A DNA stretch of 64,000 bases from NCBI RefSeq assembly GCF_000002075.1, contig NW_004797332.1, positions 856,621 through 920,620 on the forward strand, written 5' to 3'. Position 1 is the first letter of the stretch. Every line of letters starts with the position of its first letter. Below, piece after piece: positions 59,701 to 64,000 of the stretch. The notes below the pieces were generated by a model. It saw only the letters and a list, made by a program, of their open reading frames with translations. It was not told the origin of the DNA and did not search any database. The translations under genes were made by a program, and so were the position numbers. Source of the stretch: Aplysia californica (lineage: Eukaryota).

Positions 59701-62359
59701 CATTTAGTGTTTGGTCATTCAACCTCCTATTTAGCACTCATTATGACATTTCAAAAGTAGGCTATATATATATATAGTACAAGAATGTCCAACGATGAAG
59801 CAACACTTTTTCCTTGCCGTTATATCATTAAACTTTAAACAGGCAGAAAGGAGGTGAAATGAAATTGAAAGAAAGAGAGAAAGAAAAATGTTAGAAGCTT
59901 CAAGGAAACATACAAGCAAAGTTGAAATATCTAAATGGTTGATACAAGTAATAAAACTAATTTTAAAAGAAGAGGATCGGGTGATTTTGAATGAGAAAGT
60001 ATCACCTGTAACTAACTTCAAAACTTAAACCAGACACTGGGAGAAGTATAGGCTTATAGATCTATATAAACCTTTTATAAAACTAGTATAGAACCTTCAT
60101 TATTCATTATTCATTGACAAAAAACAAAAATGTGTTCAGAACAATAATAAAACATGCATGTCATTATCATAATCAGACGTATTAATTCCACATCTTCTTT
60201 AATTAAATGTTCTCCAAAAACTCTAACATGTCAAAAGGCTAATCTAAGAGACAAAATCTTTTCAAAATCTTTATATTAAGTACACTAGAGGTTCAGCAAT
60301 ACAAATTATCATGGCATAAATCAACATGACATTACTTCGATTAAATTACACATCTTACCGTTGGTGGGTCATCCATGTCTATCACTTCTACCTCCACATC
60401 TAGCTCAATATAGTGGTTGAACATATCATGAGCTTTAATATTCAGCTCAACCAATGGAGCCTCTTCATAATTAAATCCTTTAAAATACTCGAGCTGGCCA
60501 CTACAATAGTTGATATAGTTGCCCTGAAATACAGACATGAGGGAAAACAATTCAGAATCACACAGAAAACAAAGGTAATTTGTGAGGCATCGTGGCGAAA
60601 TCAGGCGCTCGTCAAAATAATGAAATCGAAGAAACTGGCACTTTTCTGTCCGTTTGACAATTTTTATCGAATTTTTGTTTTTTGACTCAACACCTTTAAG
60701 GTCCATTTAAAAACACATTTCTGAGTGGATTTTACTGAAGAATGATAATTAAAGACACAAAAATGTAAATTTATAGTTTCTTAGGACTCTCAAGCTTTGA
60801 AAGTCGCCAAACTTTGGAGGACATTTTCTCGCTAATTTTACCTCTGAAACCAGGCGACCCCCCCCCACTTCTTTCCATCGAAAATAACTCGACTTCTATT
60901 CATTATAGATGAGTATTTTTTTCACCAAAAGCAAGACATATGAACAAGCTTTAAAATGATACCACCATATGTCAAAAAACTGACCAGCCCCTAATTCCAC
61001 CCCATCGTGACACATTTATGTTTTTCTGTCTTCACGAAGCTACCTTATTCCATTCAAGATCAGACACAAAGATAAGACACTTTACAGACCCTCATCATCA
61101 TTTATTTTGAAAGGTCTTTGAGTTTTCTTCCTTGACTATGTTAAAACATCTTTACTGTGTATTTCACAGCATATGCTGTATCACACGACAACAACTAGGG
61201 TGAACCTGCATTTATCATGAGATAACACTGGATTGAAAGAAGAATGCCAGAATATTCTTGTATATAAAATGACAACAATTATAATAACATTAGGTGCTGT
61301 AAAAATTAACCTTATTTTCATCATTACCTTTTTACCATGAAAAAAAAACCCCAGGGTAACAGTGAGTGACAGAACTTAATTTGTGGTGGTCTTTTCAGTC
61401 ATTTAGCCTGTCTTTGACAACAAAATTTGATCCACAACTAAATACATTTCTAGTAACTATTTTGGTAACTCAGCTCTGTCGATATAAAGGGGAAAAATAA
61501 CTAATTATAAGATAAGATAACATAACATAGATAATAATATATGGTTTATATTTTCCTCATGCGAAAAGCATTAATTTGATTAATTTAAAAAACGCTAATC
61601 TGTTCTACCCTGTTTCTCTTTTTCGTTGCTATTATTGCTTGCCTCCTTGTGTGGTTGTTGCTTTTCTTCTTTTTTTTTTTTTTGGAGGCACTCTATGACC
61701 ATCATCACCCTGATTTACTTCTCTTCAGCTGCATTTAGTAAATTCCAGTGTCTCTGCTTGAGTCCAGGAATAAGAAAAAGAGAGTTAAGTTTCCAACAAT
61801 AATGTTTTTATTGAAATCTACTTTCTCTACAATGTGANNNNNNNNNNNNNNNNNNNNNNNNNNNNNNNNNNNNNNNNNNNNNNNNNNNNNNNNNNNNNNN
61901 NNNNNNNNNNNNNNNNNNNNNNNNNNNNNNNNNNNNNNNNNNNNNNNNNNNNNNNNNNNNNNNNNNNNNNNNNNNNNNNNNNNNNNNNNNNNNNNNNNNN
62001 NNNNNGTTGGAAGAAATGANNNNNNNNNNNNNNNNNNNNNNNNNNNNNNNNNNNNNNNNNNNNNNNNNNNNNNNNNNNNNNNNNNNNNNNNNNNNNNNNN
62101 NNNNNNNNNNNNNNNNNNNNNNNNNNNNNNNNNNNNNNNNNNNNNNNNNNNNNNNNNNNNNNCTCTAGAAATGGAAGAAATCTCTCACGCTCAAATTCTC
62201 AAAAGCAAAAATGCCTCACATAGCAATCATCTGTCCCAGGACTTACCAGTACAGTGGAGCATTTGAAGTTGAGGATTCCAAAATTGTCATCACTCAGTTC
62301 AATATTGATTACATCTCTGATATCTGGGTCATACACAGAAATAGTACCGACCACCACCG
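5473..62359 (-). CDS. Giant non-classical cadherin (Fat-like/cadherin-EGF type): >=27 EC repeats, 4-5 EGF, SEA-like juxtamembrane domain, TM, short tail; 5'-partial, 50 exons plus 2 duplicated exons
   Basis: All exons have GT-AG boundaries and join in phase into one open frame of about 3,270 codons ending in TAA at 5473-5475. Recurrent xE(N/D), DxD, (L/F)D(Y/F)E, DxG and DxN(D/E)xP cadherin motifs. Not assignable to Fat1/Fat4/Dachsous/CELSR from sequence alone (no LamG, no 7TM). Confidence 0.93.
7997..9110 (+). pseudogene. Transposase remnants (Sola1-like)
   Basis: CGC..C...EDRKKTFDKVW..W.QK.F segment, a VKYLEH relic, IRPG...DIKALQY...GEITFKLSF, and KYKHLQELK...H..YDALP across frameshifts and stops. 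Confidence 0.65.
8613..8684. repeat. 18-bp tandem repeat x4 inside the transposon
   Basis: unit ATACACAGAGGCAAGTCG. Confidence 0.9.
9144..9580 (+). mobile_element. MITE family A copy nested in the Sola1-like element
   Basis: same TIRs and internal sequence as the other family A copies. Confidence 0.8.
11444..11581 (-). CDS. Cadherin exon 49: juxtamembrane stalk and start of TM
   Basis: (S)SSDQTETDYCPSIEK...GPSMAVIGGAA(G); phase 1-1. Confidence 0.88.
12555..13797 (-). CDS. Cadherin exon 48: EC27, four EGF repeats plus a 4-Cys partial EGF, SEA-like domain with two RRKR sites
   Basis: 1243-nt exon inside ORF 12481..13959; EGF cysteine spacing with IDDC calcium-binding starts; phase 0-1. Confidence 0.93.
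14538..14741 (-). CDS. Cadherin exon 47, EC26/27
   Basis: VQGGDLLIL...VDNGQP...LPDITIDNTK; phase 0-0. Confidence 0.88.
15448..15630 (-). CDS. Cadherin exon 46, EC25/26
   Basis: EIAVAVKDVNEPPTSITLSG...EDEDKGQTHTF...DLLS; phase 0-0. Confidence 0.9.
16579..16928 (+). mobile_element. tRNA-derived SINE (CORE-like centre, L2-like tail)
   Basis: A box TGGCCTAGTGG, B-box-like GGTTTCAATCC, GTGTCCTTGGGAAAGGCACTT core, GCGCTATACAAATG followed by (ATT)n. Confidence 0.85.
17040..17159 (-). CDS. Cadherin exon 45, EC25
   Basis: VSTNPEGKMQLVVSDVVNFED...KCSDGEFAIEK; phase 0-0. Confidence 0.9.
17453..17635 (-). CDS. Cadherin exon 44, EC24/25
   Basis: MEFEIQVTDANEPP...VEEN...MDEE...TPFS; GTACAT donor; phase 0-0. 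Confidence 0.85.
17875..17999 (-). CDS. Cadherin exon 43, EC24
   Basis: (G)HFVVVGDRL...LNFEQ...DDGTPAKSFK; phase 1-0. Confidence 0.9.
18867..19026 (-). CDS. Cadherin exon 42, EC23/24
   Basis: VKDVNEKPTAITLSNNIVAES...EDPDRGQ...APAN(G); phase 0-1. Confidence 0.9.
19255..19590 (+). mobile_element. MITE family A copy, 5'-degraded
   Basis: internal sequence and right TIR match family A. Confidence 0.7.
19957..20121 (-). CDS. Cadherin exon 41, EC23
   Basis: MFFELEG...LDFED...DEGGLSSSETFTIK; phase 0-0. Confidence 0.9.
20728..20913 (-). CDS. Cadherin exon 40, EC22/23
   Basis: VMCQDEG...TDENEAP...IDEG...ATDPDSKQ; GTATGG donor keeps the frame. Confidence 0.87.
21474..21858 (+). mobile_element. RTE-clade LINE 3' fragment
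   Basis: WFIRRMLRIPW...NEEIL...FFGHI...GRGRQR...DRVKWR; (GAT)n tail. Confidence 0.85.
22050..22398 (+). mobile_element. tRNA-derived SINE, same family
   Basis: A box, B box GGTTCGAATCC, same core, (ATT)n tail. Confidence 0.85.
22620..22694 (-). CDS. Cadherin exon 39, EC22
   Basis: IKNDVQVVVSTSDLDYEAQKTFVLE; 75 nt, phase 0-0. Confidence 0.88.
22762..23153 (+). mobile_element. MITE family A copy
   Basis: both TIRs present. Confidence 0.8.
23313..23426 (-). CDS. Cadherin exon 38, EC22
   Basis: ISESAVVD...VDEDTDQQHRC...VPFT; phase 0-0. Confidence 0.9.
23472..23557. repeat. (GT)n microsatellite
   Basis: seen directly. Confidence 0.95.
24090..24324 (-). CDS. Cadherin exon 37, EC21/22
   Basis: (G)VNGGEANPELL...LDFEV...NDVNDAPTDITLDNDK; phase 2-0. 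Confidence 0.9.
24794..25094. mobile_element. TTAA-bounded MITE-like element related to 1936-2000
   Basis: TTAACTCT...AGAGTTAA ends; 25031-25080 matches the reverse complement of about 1945-1997. Confidence 0.45.
25273..25436 (-). CDS. Cadherin exon 36, EC20/21
   Basis: IKVEDVNEPP...VNEN...LDPE...SVAP(G); phase 0-2. Confidence 0.88.
25878..26060 (-). CDS. Cadherin exon 35, EC20
   Basis: DYSYFDLK...VDFET...LTGTFK; phase 0-0. Confidence 0.9.
26688..26924 (-). CDS. Cadherin exon 34, EC19/20
   Basis: VNGDVPVERK...IESADVP...VPEN...TEIEG; phase 0-0. Confidence 0.88.
27356..27514 (-). CDS. Cadherin exon 33, EC19
   Basis: VPMTAQDG...SDPDNSGADSKKQTHSC...DNALQ; phase 0-0. Confidence 0.9.
27576..27837. 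mobile_element. TA-flanked MITE
   Basis: about 35-bp imperfect TIR: GAGTACAACAAGCCTGTAACCCACA / TGTGGGATACAGGGTTGTTGTACTC. Confidence 0.6.
28476..28995. mobile_element. MITE with GATAGTACA...TGTACTATC ends
   Basis: TIRs at both ends; left end carries two short tandem duplications; reverse partial copy at about 58970-59227. Confidence 0.65.
29027..29236 (-). CDS. Cadherin exon 32, EC18/19
   Basis: ILNNWEMFHVE...LDAET...LDINEPPSDIKLSHSE; phase 0-0. Confidence 0.9.
29602..29712 (-). CDS. Cadherin exon 31, EC18
   Basis: DILLEPDTLEVPENDPNYKIGTLKCVDRDTNQHYVYQ; phase 0-0. Confidence 0.88.
30484..30669 (-). CDS. Cadherin exon 30, EC17
   Basis: ENVPERDSSFTVCTQDV...TDSNDAPT; phase 0-0. Confidence 0.88.
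31032..31268 (-). CDS. Cadherin exon 29, EC16/17
   Basis: VSKTFTISVEDENEAP...IAEN...FDPD...GVECKL; phase 0-0. Confidence 0.9.
32487..32707 (-). CDS. Cadherin exon 28, EC16
   Basis: (A)FTIGEAAP...EDPDDGQ...LDFES...DNGLPLKS; phase 1-0. Confidence 0.9.
33496..33649 (-). CDS. Cadherin exon 27, EC15/16
   Basis: VAKSELDYEQ...QNVNDPPFNLELS; phase 0-1. Confidence 0.9.
33869..34228 (-). mobile_element. tRNA-derived SINE, same family
   Basis: reverse-complement copy of 16579-16928. Confidence 0.85.
34471..34617 (-). CDS. Cadherin exon 26, EC15
   Basis: VKEDSEVG...TDPDNAGGLSQTF...DDTLI; phase 0-0. Confidence 0.9.
35361..35525 (-). CDS. Duplicate of cadherin exon 25 (copy B)
   Basis: 7 differences in 165 nt from 37300-37464 (one F>S); splice sites intact; may be an allelic assembly copy. 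Confidence 0.6.
36173..36337 (-). CDS. Duplicate of cadherin exon 24 (copy B)
   Basis: 4 differences in 165 nt from 38111-38275 (one S>T); splice sites intact; may be an allelic assembly copy. Confidence 0.6.
36742..36830. repeat. (GAA)n microsatellite
   Basis: seen directly. Confidence 0.95.
37300..37464 (-). CDS. Cadherin exon 25 (copy A), EC14/15
   Basis: TTSAASLDYER...LDVNEQPNALRLSRNK; phase 0-0. Confidence 0.88.
38111..38275 (-). CDS. Cadherin exon 24 (copy A), EC14
   Basis: ALLLDGEDITMIQVKEN...EDVDEGQ...GNLLK; phase 0-0. Confidence 0.88.
39236..39391 (-). CDS. Cadherin exon 23, EC13
   Basis: GTRCVASVYLGSSLNYEE...KDTNDPPL; phase 0-0. Confidence 0.9.
39966..40217 (-). CDS. Cadherin exon 22, EC12/13
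   Basis: SQATYEFEIVDVEEPP...ISED...LDPD...APGCLTLTK; phase 0-0. Confidence 0.9.
40317..40682 (-). mobile_element. Degraded and interrupted copy of the same SINE
   Basis: tail, core and head recognisable, with an internal insertion. Confidence 0.65.
40862..40983 (-). CDS. Cadherin exon 21, EC12
   Basis: (G)SDIFSFDGDRLIVIGPVDYEE...DSGTPPKS; phase 1-0. Confidence 0.9.
41112..41549 (+). mobile_element. MITE family A copy
   Basis: both TIRs present. Confidence 0.8.
41866..42151 (-). CDS. Cadherin exon 20, EC11/12
   Basis: LSARGAECSETWCGLDFES...TDENDRP...IKED...VDEDQDQ...VGDE(G); phase 0-1. Confidence 0.9.
42839..43628. mobile_element. Tc1/mariner (Tigger/pogo-like) non-autonomous element
   Basis: TA|CAATAGAACCTG...CAGGTTCGACCG|TA; shorter relatives at about 6052-6232, 6410-6610, 23863-24025, 45095-45275, 51545-51745 and 55163-55342. 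Confidence 0.6.
43840..44001 (-). CDS. Cadherin exon 19, EC11
   Basis: IPEGSPQSTVIGQLICDDPDNK...FFLEKDTLK; weak AAG acceptor and GTCTGC donor, so boundaries are less certain. Confidence 0.78.
44460..44608 (-). CDS. Cadherin exon 18, EC10/11
   Basis: (D)AQIDFET...VNVNEQPTALKLSENK; phase 1-0. Confidence 0.9.
45303..45477 (-). CDS. Cadherin exon 17, EC10
   Basis: DIVFSKNVISVPEN...VDEDAED...LSVTK(D); GTCTGT donor; phase 0-1 matches next exon. Confidence 0.85.
45966..46127 (-). CDS. Cadherin exon 16, EC9
   Basis: NGKVVCSTNL...LNFEN...ADVGEAPT; phase 0-0. Confidence 0.9.
46566..46817 (-). CDS. Cadherin exon 15, EC8/9
   Basis: AEGTFYISITGVSEAP...IKED...EDSD...SPECEQS; phase 0-0. Confidence 0.9.
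47310..47468 (+). mobile_element. Degraded RTE-like LINE 3' end
   Basis: TWRR...AQDRSTWRDLVGGL-like translation with a short tandem tail. Confidence 0.5.
47544..47773 (-). CDS. Cadherin exon 14, EC8
   Basis: (G)DEVEELAPAG...QDEDAGQ...DDGEPSRS; phase 1-0. Confidence 0.9.
48380..48566 (-). CDS. Cadherin exon 13, EC7/8
   Basis: VVSPSQCSSDDQSSCSLDYET...TDENDLPHDIKLS(G); phase 0-1. Confidence 0.9.
48769..49191 (+). mobile_element. MITE family A copy
   Basis: both TIRs present. Confidence 0.8.
49576..49710 (-). CDS. Cadherin exon 12, EC7
   Basis: VPENSVDSTVVGFFTATDSD...FKIQGDKLM; phase 0-0. Confidence 0.9.
50271..50429 (-). CDS. Cadherin exon 11, EC6/7
   Basis: VSKALDYES...RNVNEPPTELLLSQTE; phase 0-0. 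Confidence 0.9.
50698..50764. repeat. (GA)n microsatellite
   Basis: seen directly. Confidence 0.95.
51344..51511 (-). CDS. Cadherin exon 10, EC6
   Basis: DILLDGLSQRQLEVEEG...VDQDAGQTHSF...NSRLS; phase 0-0. Confidence 0.9.
52041..52205 (-). CDS. Cadherin exon 9, EC5
   Basis: EGGGTAVTAKL...LDYEER...EDVNDAPQ; 165 nt, phase 0-0. Confidence 0.9.
52978..53190 (-). CDS. Cadherin exon 8, EC4/5
   Basis: VSTTLEIDVVNLNEPP...VAEN...DPD...IETEPM; phase 0-0. Confidence 0.9.
53703..54195 (-). mobile_element. RTE-clade LINE 3' fragment, same family
   Basis: ILLYGCKAW...WFIRRMLRILW...DRVKWR; (GAT)n tail. Confidence 0.85.
54313..54497 (-). CDS. Cadherin exon 7, EC4
   Basis: (G)ILLAVNEDEGQ...LDFEKQ...DNGEPPLS; phase 1-0. 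Confidence 0.9.
55673..55862 (-). CDS. Cadherin exon 6, EC3/4
   Basis: VCTLDYEG...TDENDPP...IRENKISNSLV(G); phase 0-1. Confidence 0.9.
56344..56523 (-). CDS. Cadherin exon 5, EC3
   Basis: VKENSKEG...DADHTGDHRQSF...QICGGE; 180 nt, phase 0-0. Confidence 0.9.
56891..57330. repeat. Cluster of CTAGCCGTACTTAA / CTAGACTG motifs in both orientations
   Basis: multiple copies plus an internal ~70-bp duplication (about 56985-57055 versus 57247-57320). Confidence 0.6.
58004..58168 (-). CDS. Cadherin exon 4, EC2/3
   Basis: TADVAKLDYEN...TDVNEPPTDVVFSETK; 165 nt, phase 0-0. Confidence 0.9.
59509..59679 (-). CDS. Cadherin exon 3, EC2
   Basis: NILIDGNNTDTIYVEEN...ADEDEND...DNSLL; 171 nt, phase 0-0. Confidence 0.9.
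60359..60523 (-). CDS. Cadherin exon 2, EC1 C-part
   Basis: GNYINYCSGQL...FNYEE...VIDMDDPPT; 165 nt, phase 0-0. Confidence 0.9.
60581..61014 (+). mobile_element. MITE family A copy
   Basis: both TIRs present. Confidence 0.8.
62247..62359 (-). CDS. Cadherin exon 1 (window numbering), EC1 N-part
   Basis: (x)VVVGTISVYDPDIRDVINIELSDDNFGILNFKCSTVL; ttgcag acceptor, GTAAGT donor; phase 1-0; absent from the ORF track. Confidence 0.8.
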
Positions 62360-62639
62360 CTGCAACATAAAGAAATTAAGATTTTCATTTTTATAGCTAG
62401 TTTACTTAGAACGAGAGGAAATGAAGCTTTTAAACACTGAAAATATGGCAACGGCTTCTCTACCAGAACAGGTCTTATTAGCCTTAGAAGAAGCCACAAG
62501 TCATCTTGACCCATCTTTCTTCTGCTTCGTTAAAGAAAGATTCTTCTCTGCAGATACATTGATCATCATCAAGCCGACATTGACTGACAAACTATTATTA
62601 TTACAATAATAAACTGAAAGTGGGTGTTTAGTATCAAGA

Positions 62640-63200
62640 CGACTTCAAGCACAAGAATGGGGGTAGAGGCAGTGACAAAAGCATTTGGATGACTAAAAGA
62701 GAGCTTGCGTTCTGCTAGACATGCTGTCATTGTCACTGACTCTCAAAACATATTGCAGAGAGTCAATAAGTGGAAACTGAGAAAAGAGTGGCTGCAAAGC
62801 ATAGAAGAAACCAGACTGAGAAGAATAATGTGGATCTATGCTCGGAGCCACACGGGTGTGGTGGGAAATGAACAAACAGACAAACTGGCGAGCCATGCAC
62901 CAGTCAATACTGACATTAAAATGGGCAAAAATGACGTTGTGAAGGCCCTTGCTACCACACTTGAAGATAAGGAGATTGAGTATGACTATGCGCCAATCTA
63001 ACAACTTGAAGAATTGGGTGTCTTCAGAGGAAGCGGTAGAACCAGTATGTTCAGGGGATGTAAGACGGGTTATTAACCAAATAAACACTGGAACGATCAG
63101 CAGATGGACTCTGGGGTGGATATTGAAGCGGCGAGCGGAGCACGTATGGCAATATCCGGAGTGCTATGATGTTGTTCCCAGGATCAAGTGATCAAGTATC
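62640..63200 (+). mobile_element. RNase H-bearing non-LTR retrotransposon 3' fragment (I-group-like)
   Basis: VIVTDSQ...IMWIYARSHTGVVGNEQTDKLA RNase H motifs; frameshifted; ATCAAGT repeated tail. Confidence 0.75.
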
Positions 63201-64000
63201 AATTATTAGTTCTTTTCTTGTAGGCACTGCAATTGTCCCTTCATGACACCTGTTGGCCTCACTAGCCATAGGTGCAAACACCACAGGGCAGAGGAAGCAG
63301 CCCAGTACAGCACAAACTCTACTGTCCATAGAGATGAAACTACATCTCGAAAGAAATAAACATCTTTGGACTATTAAAACAGTTCACTAAGCATAGAATC
63401 ACAGACTTCAGGAAAGGAAGCATTTGACCAAAAATATCTTTAAAAAATTAGAAACCATGTAACCATGCATTGGACTATATTAGCAGTGTCATTCATTAAA
63501 AAAGATATTTTTTAAGGCTGAAATTTGAAGGCCCTCTGGACATAGAAAAAACTTTGTGACAAGTTTGAAAGAGAAACAAAAGACACTCCATTTTCAAACC
63601 AAACATCCACTGGGCTTGGGAACATAACGTTTAATGCCTTATATCAAACAAAAAGATAAAGACTGGAGTCAGTCTTACAATCCTGCATTCAGATACGTGA
63701 GGCCAGTCTTTTTAAATCTGTTTTATTCTAACAGCTTGGAGCGAAAAATTGTCACTCTGAAGGGGGAGGGGGGGGAATAAATAGCAAAATGAGTAGCAAA
63801 GTAGAGAAACCAAATAGGGATCAGCTGACTGATTGAAACTATTTTGACATACCATAAGGAAAAAGTAATGGATCAATCAAAGAATAGCAGTCACTGTCAT
63901 TAATGATAATAATAAATAGCATTTATGCTGCGTATTTCCATTTTCTAAAAAAAAAGCTCAATGCGTATTACATTAATTTAAAAAATATCATTACTTACAT

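Noticed and set aside
5473-62359. Gene symbol FAT4, FAT1, CDH23 or Notch
   Set aside because: No LamG, LNR or ankyrin domains, the tail is too short, and orthology cannot be established without a search.
62705-63001. Cellular RNase H1 gene or an upstream cadherin exon
   Set aside because: Opposite strand to the cadherin, truncated and frameshifted, with a tandem tail; it is a retrotransposon fragment.

Overview
AT-rich, intron- and repeat-rich animal (invertebrate-like) draft-assembly DNA with many N gaps. It is dominated by one minus-strand multi-exon gene whose 5' end lies beyond position 64000. By reading GT-AG boundaries and checking phases by hand I assembled 50 exons (62359 to 5473, about 3,270 codons), plus a near-identical tandem copy of two exons. 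The protein is a giant non-classical cadherin: at least 27 cadherin (EC) repeats, 4 EGF repeats plus a truncated fifth, a SEA/Notch-HD-like juxtamembrane domain with two RRKR furin sites, one TM helix and a 51-aa Ser/acidic tail. It has no laminin-G and no catenin-binding domain. EC1-EC19 (numbered within the window) form a hidden four-domain super-repeat, seen independently in the protein motifs and in intron positions and phases. The introns hold a Sola1-like DNA transposon relic with intact TIRs and TSD, tRNA-derived SINEs, RTE and RNase H LINE fragments, several MITE families and microsatellites. A 28-bp minisatellite lies downstream of the gene. No database searches were run; family names come from motif recognition.
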